A stretch of 64,000 nucleotides of DNA from positions 62,001 to 126,000 of the forward strand of contig NIVC01002582.1 of assembly GCA_002269645.1 (NCBI GenBank), read 5' to 3'. The notes beneath the pieces were generated by a model. That model had not been told where the DNA came from. It saw only the letters and a list, made by a program, of their open reading frames with translations, and did not search any database. Positions 1 through 17,655 of the stretch are shown here, piece by piece (positions within the stretch are counted from its first letter, which is position 1; each line of letters begins with the position of its first letter). The position numbers and the translations under genes are program-made. The DNA is from Macrostomum lignano. Lineage: Eukaryota.

Positions 1-372
1 TATTAGCCGATATGTATCGAAGTACACATAACCGCAGTCTACGTATTGTTTTATATATTAGCTGATATATATCGAAGTAAACGTAACCGCAGTTTACATA
101 TGCAGTAGTTGCTTTTCATATTAGCCGATATGTATCAAAGTAAACATAATCACAGTCTACATATAGTTGCTTTTCATATTAGCCGATATGTATCAAAGTA
201 AACATAATCACAGTCTACATATAGTTGTTTTTTTATATTAGCCGATTTGTATCAAAGTACACATAACCTCAGTCTACATATTGTTTTATATATTAGCCGA
301 CATTTATCGAAGTACATATAATCACAGCCTACATGTACATTAGTTTTATATATATTAGCCGATATGTATCGA
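1..372. repeat. Tandem minisatellite, ~58-60 bp unit, in the last intron of BLTP1
   Basis: TATTAGCCGATATGTATCRAAGTA...CAGTCTACAT recurs about every 58-60 bp; the array runs off the window start. Confidence 0.85.
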
Positions 373-415
373 AAATAACTTATAAAAAATTATCTGTCCA
401 CGCTACTCCGACTAG

Positions 416-1102
416 GCCTTCCCCAAGCTGGAGTACATCAATCCGCCAGAGCTGGCCGGCCGAGCGCCCGCCAGTTTCCCGGTCACGCCGGAGTACATCT
501 TCCGCTTGCCGCAGCTGCAGATTGTCCTCATCACGGATCACGATCAGACGTACGCTGTGCCCCGTTTAGACGGCGATCGGCCAGTGGTGCAGTGCACTTT
601 TATCGGCTCCAGCACCGGCAACATTATCTATAGCAACAATAGCCAGCACCTGCTGTTCCTTCGCGATCTAATTCTGGACAGCATTGGCGAGACTCGGTCG
701 GCTCGAAGCGCCAAAGAATCGGACGAAGGCGCCTCTGCAGCGGCCGCCGACGCCACCAGCACGCAGAGTCCGTTGCTGCGCGATTTTCGGGCCTTTCAAA
801 CTCGCCAATTCGATAGCACGTTTCGTATTCGAACCCAGGAGACTAGCTCCTCGAATATTGTTGTGCTGGACTATATATTGAACAATATCGGTATCAAGCA
901 CTTCAAAGAGACCATACCGAAATGGATTCAACGGGGCCTAATGGACAATCTAGATTCGGTCCTGGCCGGCCTCATGCACAAATCCATCGACTACATGACC
1001 GAGGGCGGCTGTCAGGAGGACGAGGAAGAGCTGCTGGGCTCCGCCGCCGCTTCAAGCGATGCCACTTCGTCGCTGGCTACTGCTGTTGTGAAATCAAAAT
1101 GA
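416..1102 (+). CDS. BLTP1: Terminal exon of bridge-like lipid transfer protein 1 (KIAA1109/Tweek, FSA_C region)
   Basis: Acceptor ACTAG|GCC at 414-415, open frame to TGA at 1100-1102. YIFRLPQLQ...LDYILNNIGIKHFKETIPKWIQRGLMDNLDSVLAGLM matches my recollection of the KIAA1109 C-terminus (VDYILQKLGFHHARTTIPKWLQRGVMDPLDKVL). Upstream exons lie outside the window. Confidence 0.85.
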   Translation, partial: AFPKLEYINPPELAGRAPASFPVTPEYIFRLPQLQIVLITDHDQTYAVPRLDGDRPVVQCTFIGSSTGNIIYSNNSQHLLFLRDLILDSIGETRSARSAKESDEGASAAAADATSTQSPLLRDFRAFQTRQFDSTFRIRTQETSSSNIVVLDYILNNIGIKHFKETIPKWIQRGLMDNLDSVLAGLMHKSIDYMTEGGCQEDEEELLGSAAASSDATSSLATAVVKSK

Positions 1103-2409
1103 TTTGTTTTTTTTCTAATTTAGACTAGGCCTCGCTAACTGCACTACTTGTCAGTAGGATGTCTTGGATTTGCTCATTTAAAATCTTTAAAAATAATAGA
1201 AAAATCGTCTGTTTATACCAGAAATATCATTCGAAAATTGCTAATTATACTACTTATGGTATGCAATTTTATAGAAGCATAATACGCATTTTAAGAAAAT
1301 TTAAATTTGATTTCATAAATTATAGCGACTACTTAAAGTGTGCATTTTTAGTACCAAAATACGCATTTTAAGGAAATAAAATTTCGATTTCATAAATAAT
1401 AATTAGCGATTTTACGAGCTGTTATATTAAGATATAATGAGAAAAAAATCGACCAATATTTGAATGCTATTATTAGTTAACTTATTTAATATGTGAACGC
1501 CAAAAATTAAAGTTCTATATTTCATACGTGATATTTACTGCTTATGTTTTATGATTTCGCAAATGCTACTACTACTATACTGCAGTAGTATGATTTATCG
1601 GTGATAAACGTAGGAAAACAAATTAGTTTTTAATTACTTAATTTATACGCGCTCTCAGTTAGACTATTCACTTTTACTTTCTCATTTTCATTGCTTGATT
1701 GAGTAATTTCTTATTGAATATTAATGTTAATATTTACATAGCATATTTTGCTACTCACATTGAGTAGTCTAATGCCGCTTGTCAGTATCGTTACTTCGCG
1801 TACCTATAATCTATTAAAATTTTTGCTTAGGTACCTTTACTGTTTTAAAACTGCGTTGCTTGTGTTTCAGAATTGTTGGTGAATTCTGACACGTTATAAT
1901 GACATGGCAATATTATTTAAAATGCTGTCTGTATATGGAAAAAATAAAAATACTTCAATATAAATTTTGCCTCTTCGTTGGCAATAATTCTTTTTTATTG
2001 ATCAAAATTTTGCCGAAATATCGCCTTAAACGTTTCAAAAGCGAGTAGGGTTGTCTTTGTCTTTCTGTGGGGTCGAGCTCGCGTACTAACCACGACCACG
2101 TCTGCTTAACTTAGGAGGTGTTGGCCCTGAATACCCTCGATTTTAGTGGTGATCCGACGACTGGTTTCGCGAGGTTTAGTCAGTTACCAGAACAACTAGT
2201 TATGTCGCACATAAAAATGCGCTTTCTTATTTGCTCTTTTCAGTAGCAGCAATAGCGTTTTAAGATTGAAGAATGCAAGAAAACTTAACGAAAGCCAAAT
2301 CCAGTGCGCGTGGATAGCGAGCGAAAGAGAAGAGGGGTGGCATTCCAGGCCCCAGCCAGGGCGATTAACAGTTTGGCTTTCCTCTTGCCCGCTTGTGTCG
2401 GACTTTAAC

Positions 2410-2598
2410 CTTTCTCCTTACTGCTCTCTCATTGTCTGAGATAGATTGGGCCATGCCCCCAAACATCTGACTGACCTCTCTCTCCCTACTGCTCTCTTAT
2501 TGGCTGAGCTAGATTGGGCCTTGCCCACACACATCTAACTTTGACTTCTCTCCTTACTGCTCTCTCATTGGCTGAGCTAGATTAGGCCTGTCCCCTAG
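2410..2598. repeat. Three diverged ~66-bp tandem copies
   Basis: CTCTCCTTACTGCTCTCTCATTGGCTGAGCTAGATTGGGCC-like unit near 2413, 2478 and 2548. Confidence 0.6.
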
Positions 2599-2689
2599 GC
2601 TGTGTTTCCGTGTTGCGTTCACTCGTGACACTGCGCAGGCAAACTACTGAATTAGAGTATAGACGCTCTGCCTGCCCCCCCCCCCCAAG

Positions 2690-3345
2690 TTTAATTGCGC
2701 GTGGCGGGAGCACGAGAAATGCCCGCAGACGAATTGCCCGCCGAGATTTGCCCGCAGACGAATTGCCCGCCGAGATTTGCCCGCAGACGAATTGCCCGCC
2801 GAGATTTGCCCGCAGACGAATTGCCCGCCGAGATTTGCCCGCAGACGAATTGCCCGCCGAGATTTGCCCGCAGACGAATTGCCCGCCGAGATTTGCCCGC
2901 AGGAGATTTGCCCGTGGAGATTTGCCCGCCGAGCTTTTCTTGCGGAGATTTGCCCGCAGTGCATTTTGCCCGCGAGCGAGTTGCCCGCCGAGTTTTTTCC
3001 CGCCGAGGTTTGCCCGCAATGCTTTTTTCCTGCAGCGCATTTGGCAGCTAGATTCTGTCTGCATTGCCCCCCCCCCCCAAAAAAAATATGCATTTGATAT
3101 GCAGTTACGATCAAAACGTTTTGATCGTGTAAATCTCTTTATTGATATTAACACGTACTAAGCATTAGGAAGGCAATGCAGACAAAATCTGCCGCGTGGC
3201 TAAATGCGCTGCAGGAAAAAAGCATTGCGGGCAAACCTCGGCGGGAAAAAACTCGGCTGGCAACTCGCTCGCGGGCAATTCACTCGCGGGCAAATTGCAC
3301 TGCGGGCAAATCTCGGCGGGCAATTCTCATGGACCCGCGCGTGGC
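2690..3345. mobile_element. Foldback/MITE-like element with inverted arms; left arm holds a 29-bp tandem array
   Basis: 3186-3342 is the reverse complement of ~2930-3053 and of the array unit. Unit GAATTGCCCGCCGAGATTTGCCCGCAGAC occurs about 6 times from 2731. No coding capacity. Confidence 0.6.
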
Positions 3346-3914
3346 ATATCTAGTTATTCTGGTCTCTGTGGGATTAATAAGGCTGCACATATAGTTCTAC
3401 ATGTAGTATTACAACTGATTAAAACTTGTTGAGCCTGAGTAGATATTATGTTGACTGTTAAAGTACTTTTTACACCTTTCATTTTATGGGCTCTACTGGA
3501 GGGCGAACAAAACGGCGAAGCAATTTGCAACCAACGAAGATTTTTGACTGCCTATTATAAGGAAAGAAGCGTTTTTAGGCGCTTCTATTATCTGCAGAGC
3601 TGCTTTTTTGTCTTATTGTGCATAGAGAACGGGGGCTATGTTGCTTATTGCACTTATATATGAGCGCCTTGTACAGTAGTAGAGTTTGAGACAAGATCCC
3701 CTGAGGCGCTACTTTCTTAAAGCTACTTAAGCCTTCTCTCGTTCTGACACGAAAACAGCTATGGAATTAAAAAAGGCAGTTTTTACCTCAACTCTGCCCA
3801 GAAAGCCAAAAGCTTTCTTTAATAATTCTATCATACAAACAACTATGTCGAGGCCCGGGTTTAGTTTAGATTATGCTTTTATTGCATCAGAGCAGCCATG
3901 AAGTAAAATGAATT

Positions 3915-5245
3915 ACAGTGGCGCCAACCAAAAGATGAGTTACAGTGGCGCCAACGACAAGTTGAGTTTACAGAGGCGCTAAACAAGATGAGTTTACAGA
4001 GGCGCTAAACAAGATGAGTTACAGAGGCGCTAAACAAGATAAGTTTACAGAGGCGCTAAACAAGATGAGTTTACAGAGGCGCTAAACAAGATGAGTTTAC
4101 AGAGGCGCTAAACAAGATGAGTTACAGAGGCGCTAAACAAGATAAGTTTACAGAGGCGCTAAACAAGATGAGTTTACAGAGGCGCTAAACAAGATGAGTT
4201 TACAGAGGCGCTAAACAAGATGAGTTTACAGAGGCGCTAAACAAGATGAGTTTACAGAGGCGCTAAACAAGATGAGTTTACAGAGACGCTAAACAAGATG
4301 AGTTACAGAGGCGCTAAACAAGATAAGTTTACAGTGGCGCTAAACAAGATGAGTTACAGAGGCGCTAAACAAGATGAGTTACAGAGGCGCTAAACAAGAT
4401 GAGTTACAGAGGCGCTAAACAAGATGAGTTTACAGAGGCGCTAAACAAGATGAGTTACAGAGGCGCTAAATAAGATGAGTTACAGAGGCGCTAAACAAGA
4501 TGAGTTACAGAGGCGCTAAACAAGATGAGTTACAGAGGCGTCAAACAAGATGAGTTTACAGAGGCGCTAAACAAGATGAGTTTACAGAGGCGCTAAACAA
4601 GATGAGTTACAGAGGCGCTAAACAAGATAAGTTTACAGAGGCGCTAAACAAGATGAGTTTACAGAGGCGCTAAACAAGATGAGTTTACAGAGGCGCTAAA
4701 CAAGATGAGTTTACAGAGGCGCTAAACAAGATAAGTTTACAGAGGCGCTAAACAAGATGAGTTTACAGAGGCGCTAAACAAGATGAGTTACAGAGGCGCT
4801 AAACAAGATAAGTTTACAGTGGCGCTAAACAAGATGAGTTTACAGAGGCGCTAAACAAGATGAGTTACAGAGGCGCTAAACAAGATGAGTTACAGAGGCG
4901 CTAAACAAGATGAGTTTACAGAGGCGCTAAACAAGATGAGTTACAGAGGCGCTAAACAAGATGAGTTACAGAGGCGCTAAACAAGATGAGTTACAGTGGC
5001 GCTAAACAAGATGAGTTTACAGAGGCGCTAAACAAGATGAGTTTACAGTGGCGCTAAACAAGATGAGTTACAGAGGCGCTAAACAAGATGAGTTTACAGA
5101 GGCGCTAAACAAGATGAGTTTACAGTGGCGCTAAACAATATGAGTTTACAGTGGCGCCAGCTACAACAATATGGGTTACAGCGGCGCCAATAACAATATG
5201 AGTTACAGCGGCGCCAACAACAAGATGAGTTACAGAGGCACCAAA
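3915..5245. repeat. 26/27-bp satellite ACAGAGGCGCTAAACAAGATGAGTT(T)
   Basis: About 45 head-to-tail copies with degenerate ends and no unique spacers. Confidence 0.95.
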
Positions 5246-6819
5246 ATAAAGAAACACACAGAGACCCCTAATGAACGCCTTCAGGTCGCACGAACTGAAA
5301 TTCTATTTAAATGCTTCAAAGCCACTATTTTACTGTTGGTTTAAAAAATGTACTAAAAGCTAAAGTCACTATATACACTACGAGCTGCATACAGATATTG
5401 CCCTGTGCCCTCACCACACCGCGCAGACAGAATATGGAGTAGGGATGGAGATAAAGTGGAGAGCCAGAGCAACCACAGCTTATATGAGAGCTATATAGTT
5501 TGTTTGGATTTTAAATATATCCGAATTCTGCAGCCTAATAATGCGTACACTGGTATTACACATGCGAGCTACTACACTAATATATAATATGTTGACTCGA
5601 AAACTGCGCAACCAAACTATTTAGACAAGCAGAAAGTAGAGCGGGTAAAGCATTTAAAATGTTTTATAATATATTGAAGGCAGCTATAGTATGTATGAGT
5701 GAGTTTTTTTTACATTCATCTCAACATCAACTCTCCCTTCTGTTGTCGAGCTGAAAAATACTCTCATAATTGGCGCCGATGCATGTGACTCATGCCTGTG
5801 GGAGCGGGTCACACGCCTGCAGTAACGATTATAACAACGATTATTACAGACGCTTTCTTTCTTTTTTGAAGGCTGTTTTAGTTTGTATGGCTCTCGGTGT
5901 TAAGTCACGAAGGTTGATCATTTTGATCATTACTGCATGATTTTTATGAGCTCAAAAAGTTCAATGTCTATGGCCCGATTTTCATGGGGTTTATGGCCAT
6001 AGATAAAATCGGTGGAGAAAACTACACTAATTGAGAGATGGTGAAACAAAATTGCTCCCCGAACTCCGATAGCTAATTTCAGTGACAAAAAATTGCTTGA
6101 TGAACTTGTGAGTGCGGCTCGAGCAGAGCACGCATGCTTTGGTTAATTTGGAATTAGGCAGTTCATTTTGAAAAAAAAAGTATTGGGAATTTAGATAAGT
6201 AAGGTGATTCGCTTGATAATGCTGGTAGATAGGTTGGTAGGCAGAAATTAAACCACTTTAAAGCTCACTTTCAGGGAGGTTATTGACATAGATTTTATTT
6301 TGCGGGATTTAATCGATCACTTTCCCGGACATATTGCAAGGATTATTGTATGTATCTAAATAAGCGAGCTTCTCTCTTCTCTTCCTTCGTGACTCGAGAA
6401 ATTTCGCAATGAAATTTTGTCTATGGTAAGAATGTGGGGGCTTCGTCCACACACCCCAGCAGGGGCTTCGCCCCCACACCCCCATCCCCAACTTCAACCA
6501 TAGACATCTAACAATCCAACTATCTACCAACCCACCTATCTACCAGTCCAACTAGCGTAGATATGTGGGCTAGTATGGCTCCGGGATTTATCTGAATACA
6601 TCCCACAAAATTAAAGTAGTTTAAATAAGATTCGGCTCTCGGGATTTAATCACATACCGACCTCAAACCCATAGAATATCTTATACGTAAATTTATGTTG
6701 GTATGCTGTAGGTAAGCTTACAGCTATAGCTACATTGGTAGATAAATAGGTAGATATTTTGTTTGGTAGATAGGTGGGAAGGTGCTAATTAAATAGGTAG
6801 AAAGGTAGATTGGTAGATT

Positions 6820-8400
6820 GGTGGTTGGTAGATATGTGGGCTAGTAGATAGGTGGGCTGGTAGATAGGTGGGTTGTTAGATAGGTCGGTTGGTAGATAGA
6901 TGGGTTAGTAGATAGATGGGTTGGTAGATAGGTGGTTTGGTAGATAGGTGCGTTGGTAGATAGATGGGTTGGTAGATAGGTGGGTTGGTAGATAGGTGGG
7001 TGGGTAGATAGGTGGGTTGGTAGATAGGTGGGTTGGTAGATAGGTGGGTTGGTAGATAGGTGGGTTGGTAGATATGTGGGCTAGTAGATAGGTGGGCTGG
7101 TAGATAGGTGGGTTGTTAGATAGGTCGGTTGGTAGATAGATGGGTTAGTAGATAGATGGGTTGGTAGATAGGTGGTTTGGTAGATAGGTGCGTTGGTAGA
7201 TAGATGGGTTGGTAGATAGGTGGGTTGGTAGATAGGTGGGTGGGTAGATAGGTGGGTTGGTAGATAGGTGGGTTGGTAGATAGGTGGGTTGGTAGATAGG
7301 TGGGTTGGTAGATATGTGGGCTAGTAGATAGGTGGGCTGGTAGATAGGTGGGTTGTTAGATAGGTCGGTTGGTAGATAGATGGGTTAGTAGATAGATGGG
7401 TTGGTAGATAGGTGGTTTGGTAGATAGGTGCGTTGGTAGATAGATGGGTTGGTAGATAGGTGGGTTGGTAGATAGGTGGGTGGGTAGATAGGTGGGTTGG
7501 TAGATAGGTGGGTTGGTAGATAGGTGGGTTGGTAGATAGGTGGGTTGGTAGATATGTGGGCTAGTAGATAGGTGGGCTGGTAGATAGGTGGGTTGTTAGA
7601 TAGGTCGGTTGGTAGATAGATGGGTTAGTAGATAGATGGGTTGGTAGATAGGTGGTTTGGTAGATAGGTGCGTTGGTAGATAGATGGGTTGGTAGATAGG
7701 TGGGTTGGTAGATAGGTGGGTGGGTAGATAGGTGGGTTGGTAGATAGGTGGGTTGGTAGATAGGTGGGTTGGTAGATAGGTGGGTTGGTAGATATGTGGG
7801 CTAGTAGATAGGTGGGCTGGTAGATAGGTGGGTTGTTAGATAGGTCGGTTGGTAGATAGATGGGTTAGTAGATAGATGGGTTGGTAGATAGGTGGTTTGG
7901 TAGATAGGTGCGTTGGTAGATAGATGGGTTGGTAGATAGGTGGGTTGGTAGATAGGTGGGTGGGTAGATAGGTGGGTTGGTAGATAGGTGGGTTGGTAGA
8001 TAGGTGGGTTGGTAGATAGGTGGGTTGGTAGATATGTGGGCTAGTAGATAGGTGGGCTGGTAGATAGGTGGGTTGTTAGATAGGTCGGTTGGTAGATAGA
8101 TGGGTTAGTAGATAGATGGGTTGGTAGATAGGTGGTTTGGTAGATAGGTGCGTTGGTAGATAGATGGGTTGGTAGATAGGTGGGTTGGTAGATAGGTGGG
8201 TGGGTAGATAGGTGGGTTGGTAGATAGGTGGGTTGGTAGATAGGTGGGTTGGTAGATAGGTGGGTTGGTAGATAGGTGGGTTGGTAGATAGGTGGATTGG
8301 TAGATAGGTGGGTTGGTAGATAGGTGGGTTGGTAGATAGGTGGATTGGTAGATAGGTGGGTTGGTAGATAGGTGGGTTTGGTAGATAGGTTGGAGAGTAG
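6820..8400. repeat. 16-bp satellite GGTAGATAGGTGGGTT with a 240-bp higher-order repeat
   Basis: The lines starting at 6841, 7081, 7321, 7561, 7801 and 8041 are identical, giving a 240-bp period in 6 copies. Confidence 0.95.
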
Positions 8401-8683
8401 ATAAAGTAGCTTAAAAAACGCAAAGAAGGTGAATGAAAAGATTAGGGAACACTATACAGTAATATACAGCATTGAATCCAAAAGAGCCTTAGGCAAAATT
8501 CTCAAACCAGATGTTGCAGTGCCCAGCAGTAACGCCCTTTCTTTAAAATTCATTGGCTGTCAAAAAGCTGCCCGCCAACTCAAATAGAGGGCGCGCTGGT
8601 TCGCGGTAAGCATTTTAAGCCCTTGTTAAAACTCGCATAACTTGAGCCGCAGCAGTTGCAGCAGATTATTAACAAAATTCACG

Positions 8684-14430
<5,747 letters not shown>

Positions 14431-14537
14431 AAGTGCATAAAAACACACTGATTCCATTTTTATTATTCATTAACCTGGAATTATGCGACCAAAGTAAAAT
14501 CGTTGTATTACTTCGATTCAAAGCTACGAGCTAGAAT

Positions 14538-15430
14538 CAAACCCTGAGTCAAACCCTGAGTCAAACCCTGAGTCAAACCCTGAGTCAAACCCTGAGTCAA
14601 ACCCTGAGTCAAACCCTGAGTCAAACCCTGAGTCAAACCCTGAGTCAAACCCTGAGTCAAACCCTGAGTCAAACCCTGAGTCAAACCCTGAGTCAAACCC
14701 TGAGTCAAACCCTGAGTCAAACCCTGAGTCAAACCCTGAGTCAAACCCTGAGTCAAACCCTGAGTCAAACCCTGAGTCAAACCCTGAGTCAAACCCTGAG
14801 TCAAACCCTGAGTCAAACCCTGAGTCAAACCCTGAGTCAAACCCTGAGTCAAACCCTGAGTCAAACCCTGAGTCAAACCCTGAGTCAAACCCTGAGTCAA
14901 ACCCTGAGTCAAACCCTGAGTCAAACCCTGAGTCAAACCCTGAGTCAAACCCTGAGTCAAACCCTGAGTCAAACCCTGAGTCAAACCCTGAGTCAAACCC
15001 TGAGTCAAACCCTGAGTCAAACCCTGAGTCAAACCCTGAGTCAAACCCTGAGTCAAACCCTGAGTCAAACCCTGAGTCAAACCCTGAGTCAAACCCTGAG
15101 TCAAACCCTGAGTCAAACCCTGAGTCAAACCCTGAGTCAAACCCTGAGTCAAACCCTGAGTCAAACCCTGAGTCAAACCCTGAGTCAAACCCTGAGTCAA
15201 ACCCTGAGTCAAACCCTGAGTCAAACCCTGAGTCAAACCCTGAGTCAAACTTTGAGTCAAACCCTGAGTCAATCCCTGAGTCAATCTTCGAGTCAAATTT
15301 CGATTCAAACCCTGAGTCAATCCCTGAGTCAAACCCTGAGTCAATCCGTGAGTCAATCCCTGAGTCGAACTTCGAGTCAAACCCTAAGTCAAACCCTGAG
15401 TCAAATCCTGAGTCAAACCACCAATAGTCA
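14538..15430. repeat. 12-bp satellite CCCTGAGTCAAA
   Basis: About 59 perfect copies to ~15250, then degenerate. Confidence 0.97.
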
Positions 15431-16019
15431 AACCTGCTACAACACCTTGAGTTACAATCACTTGCATACCCAAGCTAAATACCCTAGGCAAGTATGAGTC
15501 TTGTCTACATGCATTGCTTAACACTAAGTCAATTATTGAGTCAAATTGTGCCCCCTTCATTAAATAAGATTCAAATTTTAACTCCAACGCCAGTTTGCAA
15601 GCGATGATAAAAGTTAAATATAACATTTCGTTTTACTAATAATGATGATTTATATGTACTTTTCGCAACAGAGATATTCAACCACAAATAACAAAAAATG
15701 CGGTGTACAGGTCTTATTTCAGTTTTTCACCCTTCTGCTTACGCAAAAACACGACAGAACGTTCCAGCATTCTACTTTGCAACAAGTAGTAGTGTATTTG
15801 TACATAAATTTCCAGATTTAAATTGTTTAGACTTTGATAGAGGATATTAACTGCGTTGATAAGGTCTGTTCTCCTCTCCCTCAAATTTATTTTGTAAAGA
15901 GTAATGAAGTTTGACTACATTGCATGAACCAACTTCAGGATCGAGACAGGCGCTAAGACAGGCTCTAAGACAGAAACTAAGACAGAAACTATAGACAGAA
16001 ACTAAGAAAGACGCACTAA

Positions 16020-16230
<211 letters not shown>

Positions 16231-16332
16231 AAACCTACAGTAACTTGCCACAGAAACTTGTAGCAATAGGTAACTTGTGTAGCAATAGGTAACTTCCATA
16301 GAAACTTTGCATTGAAAAAAATTACATCGCAG

Positions 16333-17172
16333 AGAGCGGTTCGGTCAAAACCGGCACCATCCAGTACCTGACTGTTGCCGAGGCTGAAGCTCGAAGCTTT
16401 CGGCACTCGGGCGGCTTCGACAATCGAGAGCTCAGGCCGCCGGGCAGAGGCCTCGATCTACCTGTTGAACGAGCAGTATCAGTATGAAGTGCTGATCTCT
16501 TATTTCTCCTACATTGTTGTAGCCCAGTGGTTAGAGTGTCAAACTCAGGACTTGAAGGTCGGGGGTTCGATTTTTAACCCAACTCGGAACAATTTGTGTC
16601 ATTGAGCAAGACACTTCACTCTGCATTGCTTCACTTCTCCCATGAATTCTTTGCATCAATTATATTAAGATGTTAAAAATGCAACATTTAAAGATTTTCT
16701 ATAAAAATATTCATTTATTCATTGCAGGAATATCCGGCACATCTGTAATGGACGGAACAAATTCTTTATTTTATTATTCAGCTGAAAATACCGGAGCTGG
16801 CGGCAAGGAAGGTCGGCCGGGCGAAATTCCGGCATCGCGGCGCACTTACAATGCTCCTTACTATACTTATTGTATTGGCGGTCCCGGCGCTGGTTGGCTC
16901 GGCTCGACAATCCCAGACAGCTCTTCATTCTACGATTTCGACGGCAGTGGCGGCAGCAGCCGCGACGGCAACCCGCCGTGGCTGGGCGGAATTCGTGGCA
17001 AAGACGCTGTGTCAGGAGACGGCGGCTTTGGCGGCGGCGGCGGAGGCTACAGCGGTGACGGCGCTCCGCCTGCTTCGGTAGCGCCTGCGTCACTGTCTCT
17101 GGTGGCAACTTCGCGGACAGCGATGGACGAGTGATCTTTAGCAGAACTGAGCTGGGCGCGTGTAGTGGCTGA
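16333..17172 (+). pseudogene. Degraded ALK/LTK-type glycine-rich domain gene
   Basis: Fragments in different frames: GTIQYLTV, LKLEAFG, GAGW...GGSSRDG...GDGGFGGGGGGYSG and SACFGSACVTVSGGNFADSDGRVIF. There are at least two frame breaks, and a SINE sits at 16515. Confidence 0.5.
16515..16635 (+). mobile_element. tRNA/CORE-type SINE (family 1), 3'-truncated
   Basis: A-box-like TAGCCCAGTGG and B-box-like GGTTCGATT, followed by GTGTCATTGAGCAAGACACTT. Matches the copies at 45252 and 48987. Confidence 0.8.
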
Positions 17173-17655
17173 GTTCAAGCTGACCCGGCCTGCTCTCAAT
17201 GATATGGGGGATATGGAGAAGCTTACGCAGGTTTGGCTACGTGAGGGACTATAGTGGGGGCAGCTAGAATAGCTCTCTCGGTGGTAAACGCACCTGATTC
17301 TCGTGCTAAACCCCTTTGTCTGAGAAGTGTCGGAAATATAAAAAATGTGTTTTGGGAGATCATATGAAATTTTCGAAGATATGTGAAAGCGCCCCCCTTT
17401 CAAGTAATGTATAGTGATGCGAAAATACATAGTTTCACATTGCATGCCTCTGGGTGTTGTGCACACTCCTGTTATTCATGCATATGCGCACTTATAATAT
17501 TCGAAACAGGACACATTACTCATAAATGTACTCTTTTTTGCTTTTTTTATCGATTTTCACATTTTTTTCTGCATCACATGCATGTTCCAATTAATTATTT
17601 TGTTTTTATGTTTTTTTTTGCCTGGCCTCCTAATTGTTTTTGTGTCGACCAGCAT

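Noticed and set aside
3915-5245. Regular 26-28 bp repeats that superficially resemble a CRISPR array
   Set aside because: The units are head-to-tail with no unique spacers, there are no cas genes, and the context is eukaryotic.
14508-15380. 290-aa TQGL-repeat ORF, and similar long ORFs at 33503-34717, 36933-38072, 38519-39682, 46462-46978, 47660-48668 and 50977-51795
   Set aside because: These are translations of tandem repeats whose units lack stops in some frame. Several lie within introns of well-supported genes.
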